Shown here piece by piece: positions 25,287-32,000 of a stretch of DNA of 32,000 nt. The stretch comes from Ignavibacteriota bacterium (lineage in GTDB: Bacteria > Bacteroidota > Ignavibacteria > UBA10030 > UBA6906), in NCBI GenBank assembly GCA_963801355.1, contig CAWDEM010000004.1, forward strand, positions 495,103-527,102, written 5' to 3'. The notes beneath the pieces are model-generated. The model saw only the letters and a list, made by a program, of their open reading frames with translations. It ran no database searches and was not told where the DNA came from. Every line of letters begins with the position of its first letter. Position 1 is the stretch's first letter. Position numbers and translations under genes: made by a program.

Positions 25287-26609
25287 TCAGCTCAGCCCCA
25301 GTTTCTTCTTGATGGCTTTCAGGGCGGCGGCGGTTATGAAATAGGTGAGGAACAATACACCCATATATACGTACTTGCCAAGGCCTAGGGCGCTCGCAAC
25401 CAATGCGGCAATCGCCGGGATGGCATACTCGGGATAGTAGCGCATCAGAACACCCATCCCGAGCAGGGAGAGCACCATAATCCAATCACCGAGACTTGTA
25501 AAGTACGCCATCAAAGCGAGGACGATTCCCGTGAACGGATACACAACGATATACCTAAATTGCTGCCTTGGAGGCATCTGGCTCCATAAACCGGACAGAA
25601 GAGGCGGTCTCTGGATTTCCCGAAGGCGCTGGAGCACGATCTGCTTTGACTCGTTCTGGGACGGTGCAAGGCGAAGATACTGTATGTATCCATCAATCGC
25701 TTCTTTGGGATGACCGGAAGCATCGAGCGCACTCGCTCTTCGCACAACGGCTTCGGGGTCTGTTGGGTTGGCTTTCGCGTAAGCGTCGAAATCAGGAAAG
25801 GCTTCCTTGGGCTTCTTCAGTAAAATGAGCGCGGACCCCCGGATGAATCGTGTGTACAGGTCGGAAGGATCGAGCTCAATGGCCCGGGTACAGTCCGCGA
25901 CCGAGAGTTTGACCGCTTCCAGAGTTACGGATTTCCGAATGAGAAAAAGACGCCCGCGACGGGCGTATGCATCGGCGTTCTTGGGGTCCAGCTCGATTGC
26001 GCGGGTGAAGTCGCGAAACGCCTCATCAGGCATCTCCTTGTGTGCATAGCCAGCACCCCGATCGACGTATGCTGAGGCTTTTCCAGGGGAGAGGCGAATG
26101 GCAGCGGAATAATCCTCTATGGCAAGATCATACATGTTCTTGCGATGGTAGGAGAGCCCTCGCTCGATGTAGAGGCCCGTTTTGTCGATGGCTCCCTCTA
26201 GCGCGATGGTGCAGTCGGCTATCGCTTCGTCAAACATCCCTTTCGTTCGGTACATCATTGCACGCCAATGATAGGCGGGCCACCTCTCCGGATCGCGGTC
26301 TATCATTGTCGTGAAGTCAGCAATGCCCTCATCGATTCTCCCTAGGTCGAAATATGCTTGTCCCCGTGTAAAGTACGCTTCGATGTTGGACGGGTCGAAT
26401 TGAATGGCCTTTGTAGCATCTGCGACCGCCGCTTCCATGTTACCGGACAGTCGGTACGCTTCGGCCCGTCCGAAAATCGTCGGAGCATCTTCCGGGTCGA
26501 ACGACAGGATCTGCGTAAAGGTAGTGACCGCTTCGTTTGGCCGCCCCTTTTCGAGTTGGTCTATTCCCACCCGGAATAGCGCCGCCTTCACTGCCTGGTC
26601 GTAGGCCAT
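25287..26609 (-). CDS. TPR-repeat protein with a C-terminal multi-pass membrane anchor
   Basis: The ORF track gives 25287-26726. The Met at 26609 is preferred because AAGGAAC lies 7 nt upstream on the minus strand. There are about 9 TPR units ('AEAYRLSGNMEAAVADATKAIQFDPSNIEAYFTRGQAYFDLG...'). C-terminal hydrophobic helices are 'YIVVYPFTGIVLALMAYF', 'IMVLSLLGMGVLM', 'AIPAIAALVASALGLG' and 'MGVLFLTYFITAAAL'. Its stop codon directly abuts the stop of the giant NLR gene. Confidence 0.8.
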   Translation of the reverse strand: MAYDQAVKAALFRVGIDQLEKGRPNEAVTTFTQILSFDPEDAPTIFGRAEAYRLSGNMEAAVADATKAIQFDPSNIEAYFTRGQAYFDLGRIDEGIADFTTMIDRDPERWPAYHWRAMMYRTKGMFDEAIADCTIALEGAIDKTGLYIERGLSYHRKNMYDLAIEDYSAAIRLSPGKASAYVDRGAGYAHKEMPDEAFRDFTRAIELDPKNADAYARRGRLFLIRKSVTLEAVKLSVADCTRAIELDPSDLYTRFIRGSALILLKKPKEAFPDFDAYAKANPTDPEAVVRRASALDASGHPKEAIDGYIQYLRLAPSQNESKQIVLQRLREIQRPPLLSGLWSQMPPRQQFRYIVVYPFTGIVLALMAYFTSLGDWIMVLSLLGMGVLMRYYPEYAIPAIAALVASALGLGKYVYMGVLFLTYFITAAALKAIKKKLGLS

Positions 26610-27110
26610 TTGATGTTCCTTTGCGAGTGGATGGTGTTGGGACGGGAATGATGCAAGCTTGAAAACGCTGTGCGCTTCGGACGGATACCCATGGGAGGTT
26701 TTGACGTCCCCGATCAAATCTCCCAATGGCGCTATCTAGCGAAGAGCAATGACAAAAGCAAGAGCTGGCAACCGCTGATGCGGGAACTGACCCCATCGCC
26801 AAGAAGTTATCCCCTTTCGAAAGAGTTCATTCTCATCTCGATTTCGGAACCGAGGTGCAGCCTTGGCTCTGGAGATCACGTGTCGGATGGAGGAAAGGAC
26901 GGGACGAAAGAATCAACCTCGATCGTGTGGAAAGCCTGCGCGGAGTGTGGCAAAGCTGTATTGGTTGGCAGCATGTGTGTTCAAAACATGCTGTGACGAG
27001 TGTGACAGATTCGTGCTACTTTTTTGTAACTCTATGCAAAGTATGCGCTGTATGCACTCACTCTGCCTCAAAACCGCCACTTTTTCACCGGAACGCGAGC
27101 CTGTGCTTTC

Positions 27111-27158
27111 TTTGGGACCAAGAAGTCGCAGGTTCAAATCCTGTCGCCCCGACGAAAA
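27111..27158 (+). repeat. Direct repeat copy 2: tRNA-Pro-like 3' half, identical to 6435-6482
   Basis: 48/48 identity by eye with copy 1. The upstream sequence 'ccggaacgcgagcctgtgctttc' cannot form a D arm, anticodon stem or acceptor pairing, so this is not an intact tRNA. Confidence 0.8.
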
Positions 27159-27281
27159 ACGCGGTTATTTGAGGTGAGAGAAAATCGGGTGTGACGGATT
27201 TGTGACAGTTCTTTGCATTTGGTGAATAGGAATCGGTCAATGATGCCGGGATTTTGCTAGGTATGGGGTGGAGCCCTTCCC

Positions 27282-27327
27282 GGAACCAAGAAGTCGCATG
27301 TTCAAATCCTTTTGGCCCGGCGAAAAG
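27282..27327 (+). repeat. Decayed third copy of the tRNA-Pro-like 3'-half repeat; a 12-nt fourth remnant lies at 27357-27368
   Basis: 'ggaaccaagaagtcgcatgttcaaatcct' has 2 mismatches against the repeat, and 'tttggcccggcgaaaag' matches about 12/17. The remnant 'gaccaagaagtc' recurs at 27357-27368. Confidence 0.6.
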
Positions 27328-27354
27328 AGGCAGTTTCTAAGCTGTACTTGTTCA

Positions 27355-27482
27355 GTGACCAAGAAGTCCCAAGTCCCGTCTCGCAGAATTCGTGAGACGG
27401 GGATCCTCGTTCCGCCGGCAAGGTGAGCTTCGGCTCCGCCTCGCTAACCTTGGGCGGAACGGGATTCGATTTTCGTGGTCAC
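27355..27482 (+). other. Highly structured about 128-nt intergenic element (candidate ncRNA or recombination-site remnant) closed by a 7-bp helix
   Basis: The closing helix is GTGACCA (27355-27361) / TGGTCAC (27476-27482). Hairpin A is CCCGTCTC (27375-27382) / GAGACGGG (27394-27401). Hairpin B has an outer stem GTTCCGCC (27409-27416) / GGCGGAAC (27453-27460), an inner stem CAAGGT (27419-27424) / ACCTTG (27447-27452), and an apical GAGC-TTCG-GCTC (27425-27436). The strand of any transcript is unknown. Confidence 0.35.
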
Positions 27483-27569
27483 ATTATATGGTCCTATCTT
27501 CAGCAAGTTGAAGGTAGGGCTTTTTCATTTTACTCCTTGCTCAACTATTCCTCCTAGGGATTCGATTTC

Positions 27570-27598
27570 TTGACATAGTGCATGCATGCTGGTATCTT
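27570..27598 (+). promoter_or_regulatory. Sigma70-like promoter of the AEP-helicase gene with a palindromic operator in the spacer
   Basis: TTGACA (27570-27575), a 17-nt spacer, then TATCTT (27593-27598). The spacer contains the 10-bp palindrome GCATGCATGC (27580-27589). Confidence 0.5.
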
Positions 27599-27666
27599 TC
27601 CGAATCGATCCCAGTTCACCCTACCGAAAAATCACATGCACCGATGATACTCAAGTCTGGATACTT

Positions 27667-30126
27667 ATGAACCGCCGCGAACAAATCATCGCGAAAATCA
27701 CGGAAGCGGAACGTAAGCTGTCGGCTCTTCGCACGGAGTTGGACACAGCTGCCAGCCGACTGACCACTCTGCGAGAAGAATTAGCATCTCTCGTACCTAA
27801 AGAAGACGATGTCACGTTGTCGTCGGATTCCGGCAGACATGTCGATTCGTCCGTCTCAAACGAACAGAAGATCGCCCTTTTCCGGTCTCTCTTTCGTGGA
27901 CGCGACGACGTTTTTCCCGTCCGTTGGGAGAGCCCCCGAACTGGGAAATCCGGCTATTCACCCGCCTGTACAAACGAATGGAAAGAGGGGATCTGCCAGA
28001 AGAACAAGATCCCGGGGAAGGACCGCAAACTCACTTGTGCCACCTGTAGCCATCAGGCGTTCCGCCCGGTCTCAGATGAAGAGATAGCAAACCACCTCAG
28101 GGGAACACACATCATGGGAGTTTATCCGCTTCTCCCTGATGAGTCCTGTTGGTTCCTTGCCGTTGATTTCGACGGGGAGTCCTGGCAGGAGGACGTGAGT
28201 TCATTCGCAGAAACCTCCAGGGCTTATGGCTTTCCTGCCGCCGTGGAACGATCCAGATCCGGTCAAGGAGCTCATGCGTGGCTCTTCTTCGCTGCGCGGG
28301 TCGCCGCGGCAGTTGCTCGCTCACTGGGCTGCTTCTTGATCACGGAAACGATGTCCCGTCGTCACGAGCTCTCATTGAGTTCCTATGACCGCCTATTCCC
28401 CAATCAAGATACGCTACCCAAAGGCGGGTTCGGCAATCTTATTGCGCTTCCCCTCCAACGTGAGGCTCGTTTGCAGGGCAATGCATTGTTTGTGGACGAT
28501 GGGTTTGCACCCTATGCAGATCAATGGAAGTTTCTGGTAGGTATAGGGCGTCTTGACGTGGACACTGTTGTGCGTGTAGTGGAAGATGCTGCCGATCGAG
28601 GTCGAATTGTCGGCTTCAAAGAGTATTCCATTACCAATGACCTGAAGCCCAACCCGTCTCGTTTTGATCCCGCCGGTGGTCCGCGTGACAGCGAGGTGGA
28701 TGGTAGGGGCCCATCGAGTGTTCAGGCCGTTCTCGCAGAGAGACTGGTTATTCCAAAAGCGGGTTTGTCTTCTCCTCTGCTCAACGAACTGAAGCGCCTG
28801 GCTGCGTTCGCCAACCCGGAATTCTACAAGAAGCAACGCATGAGGCTTTCAACAGCCCTGACACCACGCGTTATCTCATGTGCAGAAGAGTCTGCAGATC
28901 ATATCGCTCTGCCCAGAGGATGCACTGCCGGAGTGAAGGCGTTACTCGGTGACCATGGGATAAGGCTGACTGTTGATGATCGACGCATCGACGGTACCCC
29001 TCTTGGTGTCGAATTTACGGGAAGGCTGTCATCAATTCAGGAAGAAGCCGCCCGCAGCTTGTTGGTCGAGGATCTTGGAATCCTGGTCGCCCCACCTGGT
29101 ATCGGGAAAACCGTGATTGGATGCCACCTAATCGCTGCAAGAAACAGAAACACGCTTGTGATTGTTCATCGCCAGCAACTTCTGGCACAGTGGATTGTGC
29201 AGCTTTCGTATTTCCTTGGTCTCGAGCGGGATGAGATTGGTCGGATCGGCGGGGGAAAGAAGAATCGCAACGGGAAACTGGATGTCGCTATGCTTCAGAG
29301 CCTTGTGCATCGTGGGAGGGTCGACGAAGTCGTGAAGGAATACGGATACATTATGGTTGATGAGTGTCACCATTGTCCGGCGTTCTCGTTCGAGCGTGTC
29401 CTGTCCGAAGCAAAGGCTCGCTACTTTACAGGCTTCACAGCTACCCCACAACGGCGCGATGGTCAACACCCGATCATTGAAATGCAACTTGGACCTGCAC
29501 GATTCGTTGTAAACGCTCGGACTCAAAACCAGATGGAACCTTTCCGCCGTCGACTTGTGATCCGAGAGACGCAATTCACATTGGGAGGTATCAACAGCGA
29601 CACTGGCATCCAGGGAATCTACGCTGCACTTGCAGCAGATCAGACTCGGAATGATATTATCTTTGACGATGTGGTTGCGGCACTTGAGAAGAAACGGTCA
29701 CCAATTCTCCTGACAGAACGAAGAGATCACCTCGAGCACTTTGTCGAACGTCTGAAGCGGTTTACGCGGCATCTGATTGTTCTGCACGGTCGCATGAACC
29801 CCAAGGATCGGGCTGACGCGTTGTCTCGACTGGCGGCAATCCCTGAGGGTGAGGAGCGGTTGATAGTTGCTACGGGGCGATACATTGGCGAAGGATTTGA
29901 CGATGCCCGTCTTGATACTCTGTTTCTGGCTCTCCCTGTATCCTGGAAGGGGACGATTGTGCAATATGCCGGACGCCTCAACCGAGCACACCAAGGCAAG
30001 AGGGACGTCCTCATCTATGACTACTTTGACAAGAACGTGCCAATCTTGCGAAAGATGTTCGACAGACGGCTTCGGGGCTACCATGCAATCGGCTACGGAG
30101 AGGAGAAAAAGCTGCAGCGGTCATGA
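27667..30126 (+). CDS. Archaeo-eukaryotic primase (AEP/PrimPol-like) domain fused to an SF2 DExH helicase
   Basis: The ORF track starts at 27586, inside the predicted promoter, so Met 27667 ('MNRREQIIAKITEAERKL', coiled coil) is preferred. AEP motifs are 'WFLAVDFDGESW' (DxD), 'SRSGQGAHAWLFF' (sGxGxH) and 'GGFGNLIALPLQ'. Helicase motifs are 'ILVAPPGIGKTV' (I), 'YIMVDECHHCPA' (II), 'FTGFTATPQRRDG' (III) and 'IVQYAGRLNRA' (VI). I recall this fusion being annotated as the AEP component of 'TOTE' conflict systems, but this is unverified. Confidence 0.8.
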   Translation: MNRREQIIAKITEAERKLSALRTELDTAASRLTTLREELASLVPKEDDVTLSSDSGRHVDSSVSNEQKIALFRSLFRGRDDVFPVRWESPRTGKSGYSPACTNEWKEGICQKNKIPGKDRKLTCATCSHQAFRPVSDEEIANHLRGTHIMGVYPLLPDESCWFLAVDFDGESWQEDVSSFAETSRAYGFPAAVERSRSGQGAHAWLFFAARVAAAVARSLGCFLITETMSRRHELSLSSYDRLFPNQDTLPKGGFGNLIALPLQREARLQGNALFVDDGFAPYADQWKFLVGIGRLDVDTVVRVVEDAADRGRIVGFKEYSITNDLKPNPSRFDPAGGPRDSEVDGRGPSSVQAVLAERLVIPKAGLSSPLLNELKRLAAFANPEFYKKQRMRLSTALTPRVISCAEESADHIALPRGCTAGVKALLGDHGIRLTVDDRRIDGTPLGVEFTGRLSSIQEEAARSLLVEDLGILVAPPGIGKTVIGCHLIAARNRNTLVIVHRQQLLAQWIVQLSYFLGLERDEIGRIGGGKKNRNGKLDVAMLQSLVHRGRVDEVVKEYGYIMVDECHHCPAFSFERVLSEAKARYFTGFTATPQRRDGQHPIIEMQLGPARFVVNARTQNQMEPFRRRLVIRETQFTLGGINSDTGIQGIYAALAADQTRNDIIFDDVVAALEKKRSPILLTERRDHLEHFVERLKRFTRHLIVLHGRMNPKDRADALSRLAAIPEGEERLIVATGRYIGEGFDDARLDTLFLALPVSWKGTIVQYAGRLNRAHQGKRDVLIYDYFDKNVPILRKMFDRRLRGYHAIGYGEEKKLQRS

Positions 30127-30169
30127 ATATCGGAGTTCTGTGCGGAGAACCACAAATGTACAAGCATGT

Positions 30170-30198
30170 TTGACATTAACATGCATGTTTAATATTAA
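30170..30198 (+). promoter_or_regulatory. Sigma70-like promoter of the HTH/nucleotidyltransferase pair with the same palindromic operator core
   Basis: TTGACA (30170-30175), a 17-nt spacer, then TATTAA (30193-30198). The spacer contains the palindrome ACATGCATGT (30179-30188). The flanking tandem GCATGTTT[G/A]A[C/T]ATTAAC units sit at 30164-30180 and 30183-30199. Confidence 0.55.
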
Positions 30199-30257
30199 CT
30201 TGCAACTTTAACTTATCCTTTTTAGATTAGTCTGAGAAGAACGGCCAAAGTCTCCGA

Positions 30258-31301
30258 ATGTCTGCGGAACACAGTACAGCCAATTCGCCCAACGTGAATC
30301 AAACACTACCCACATTCCACTTCAAATCTCGCTTGTTCGAAGTCCGTAGTCTGCGCAATGCCATCCTCAAAATGGCCGATGAAATCCAGCAAAAAAAGAC
30401 GTCCCATGCCTATTTGGTCCTAGTAGACCCGAAGGTCACGACATCGAGGCTGAAGGAGGAATGGAAAAAACACGATCAGTTTCTCAAGCCCGAGGTGATG
30501 CGACGCATTTCTATGGTGGTGGTCAAGGATGGAGAGTACTGGGGGATTCCTGAAGAACCGCCCCCGGAAATTCGGCTCAGGTTGGAGAAATTCTTGCGCG
30601 GCCGCGAGAAGACATCAGGGACGTATTTGCCCCGCAGGAAGGACTACTATGAATTGCTGAAAATCCTTCTCCACAAGTGGTTTCTGGAAGAAGGACCGAC
30701 AACGGCTAAGGAGTTAGCCAGAATTGCGGGCTGTACCTACCCGACTGTGGCCAGAGCCACTCGAAACCTGGCCGGCTACCTTCAGAAAGACTCCCGACGT
30801 CGAATCGAACTCTCCCGTTTCCCCAAAGATGAGTGGTTTAGATTGCTGGCCGAGGCGGACAGATCTCGCTCTACAATGAATTTCGTGGATCGGTCCGGTC
30901 AACCAAGATCTCCTGAGTCATTGATGCGCCGGCTTCTGAAGACGGGCATCCAGACCGTTGGCGTCGGCGGTGTATTTGGCGCCAAGCATCATTATCCAGA
31001 TCTCAATTTAGTGGGAAGTCCTCGTCTTGACCTTTCCGTGCATTGCCCAGGAGACTGGGTTGATCTCGGATTTGTGGAACATTTGGATCCGGCCTTACGG
31101 CTGAAAGAGAATTCGGGTGAACCCGCAAGCCTGGTGATACATTTCATTCGTCGCAAAGAGTCCTTGTTCATCAAGGCGCAAGACGACCAGGTGTGGGCTG
31201 ACCCTGTCGAGTGCCTCCTGGACCTAAGTGAGGCCAGAATGGAATCTCAGGCGCTGGAGTTCCTGCAACACTACATACGCCAACGCCAGGAAACTCTATG
31301 A
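30258..31301 (+). CDS. HTH-containing protein (AbiEi-antitoxin-like transcriptional regulator, tentative)
   Basis: 347-aa ORF with the helix-turn-helix 'TTAKELARIAGCTYPTVARATRNLAGYL' in its middle. Its stop overlaps the start of the next gene (ATGA at 31297-31301). Confidence 0.6.
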   Translation: MSAEHSTANSPNVNQTLPTFHFKSRLFEVRSLRNAILKMADEIQQKKTSHAYLVLVDPKVTTSRLKEEWKKHDQFLKPEVMRRISMVVVKDGEYWGIPEEPPPEIRLRLEKFLRGREKTSGTYLPRRKDYYELLKILLHKWFLEEGPTTAKELARIAGCTYPTVARATRNLAGYLQKDSRRRIELSRFPKDEWFRLLAEADRSRSTMNFVDRSGQPRSPESLMRRLLKTGIQTVGVGGVFGAKHHYPDLNLVGSPRLDLSVHCPGDWVDLGFVEHLDPALRLKENSGEPASLVIHFIRRKESLFIKAQDDQVWADPVECLLDLSEARMESQALEFLQHYIRQRQETL

Positions 31302-32000
31302 GTGATATTTCGCCACGCGGCATTCTCAAACAAGTGGCTGATGCCATCCCGCAACAATGCCACAAGAATATTGTCGTAGTCGGAAGTCTTGCCGCTGGCT
31401 ACCTGTTGTTGCCCGAGGAATTCGCCCAGACAGTCCGCACCAAGGACATTGACTGCGTCCTGTCACCCTACCTCGAAGCGATTCAATCTGGCAAAGCAGT
31501 GACCGAAACTTTGCTTGCCAGCGGGTGGCGTCCCCGGATGGAAGCCGAGCATGGCGAACCAGGCACCGCTTCAACTTCAGAAAGCGATCTGCCCGCCATT
31601 CGACTTTATCCACCGGATTCGAAGGAATGGTTTATCGAATTCCTGATGGTTCCGGAATCTGGACGAGAGTCTGGAAAAAAGTGGAGTCGGGTAATCATCG
31701 ACGCTGGGGCCAACTCTGGTCACTATGGACTGCCGAGCTTTCGATTTCTGTCTCTTCTGACGTACGATCCAATCCTGACCGAACTTGGCATCTTCTGTGC
31801 AAGGCCAGAGATGATGGTGCTGGCAAACCTGCTGGAGCACCGATCAATCGGACTGGATATGATGTCTGGAATAATCGGAAGCCGTCGACTCAAGCGAAGC
31901 AACAAAGACTTGGGGAGGGTGTTGGCTATCGGAGCACTGAGCGCTGAAGAAGTAATACAGGGATGGCCGGATACTTGGGAGAGGGGGATGAAGTCTTGTT
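31297..32000 (+). CDS. Nucleotidyltransferase-fold protein (AbiEii/DUF1814- or MNT-like, tentative). The 3' end runs off the window, so it is absent from the ORF track.
   Basis: Hand translation from ATG 31297 gives 'MSDISPRGILKQVADAIPQQCHKNIVVVGSLAAGYLLLPEEFAQTVRTKDIDCVLSPYLEAIQSGKAVTETLLASGWRP...'. This shows the G-S-x-A ... D-I-D pattern of minimal nucleotidyltransferases. The frame stays open to position 32000 in my translation. Confidence 0.6.

Larger units (their letters stand above)
6435..27158. mobile_element. Putative integrated genomic island (about 20.7 kb) bounded by identical 48-nt tRNA-Pro-3'-half direct repeats. No integrase is visible.
   Basis: Perfect 48-nt direct repeats sit at both ends. 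Further decayed copies lie to the right (27282-27327, 27357-27368), suggesting tandem integration events at a tRNA-Pro att site. The cargo is the NACHT/WD40/SLOG/RyR operon plus a TPR protein. The lack of a recombinase gene lowers confidence. Confidence 0.4.

Noticed and set aside
26610-26726. A 39-residue N-terminal extension of the TPR protein (ORF-track start 26726)
   Set aside because: Met 26609 has an AAGGAAC ribosome-binding site, and the extension has no TPR or signal-like character. The call is uncertain, so the alternative is noted in the feature.
6483-27110. An integrase, transposase or excisionase that would make the island an obvious mobile element
   Set aside because: None of the ORFs on either strand shows recombinase motifs that I can recognise. 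The island call therefore rests only on the direct repeats and is given low confidence.
27586-27666. An N-terminal extension of the AEP-helicase ORF starting at 27586
   Set aside because: That ATG lies inside the predicted promoter spacer and palindrome. The 27 extra residues ('MLVSFRIDPSSPYRKITCTDDTQVWIL') look non-native. Met 27667 opens a coiled-coil typical of the start of such proteins.

Overview
This is a 32-kb bacterial window that reads as stacked defence or accessory islands. The taxon cannot be determined by eye. All calls come from hand translation and recalled motifs; no database search was run.

Left part (1-6434): a minus-strand HsdR-like type I restriction helicase runs off the window start and is absent from the ORF track. 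It is followed by a membrane-anchored hypothetical protein, an HNH_2 nuclease, a lipoprotein and a TIR-like (Cap12/COG4271-like) protein.

Centre (6435-27158): an identical 48-nt direct repeat that looks like the 3' half of a tRNA-Pro (anticodon loop to acceptor end) occurs at 6435-6482 and 27111-27158, with decayed copies at 27282-27327 and 27357-27368. The perfect pair brackets about 20.7 kb. Most of that segment is one tightly packed eight-gene plus-strand operon (7290-25286):
- a small Zn-ribbon protein
- two WD40-propeller proteins, each with a C-terminal Zn ribbon
- a sensor-less DUF4062-NACHT ATPase
- an AAA+ protein with two RyR domains
- a SLOG protein
- a membrane protein with two TrkA-N and two RyR domains
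- a 1870-aa DUF4062-NACHT-WD40-Zn-ribbon giant

A convergent TPR membrane protein abuts the operon end. I consider this NLR-like plus nucleotide-sensor operon the best candidate for an undescribed conflict system. It contains what looks like a split, order-permuted NLR next to its fused paralogue.

Right part (27160-32000): tRNA-fragment remnants and a strongly structured about 128-nt element come first. They are followed by an AEP primase-polymerase/SF2 helicase fusion gene and an HTH plus nucleotidyltransferase (AbiE-like) pair. The two promoters here share a CATGCATG palindrome in the -35/-10 spacer.

I saw no rRNA, complete tRNA, CRISPR array, integrase or transposase.
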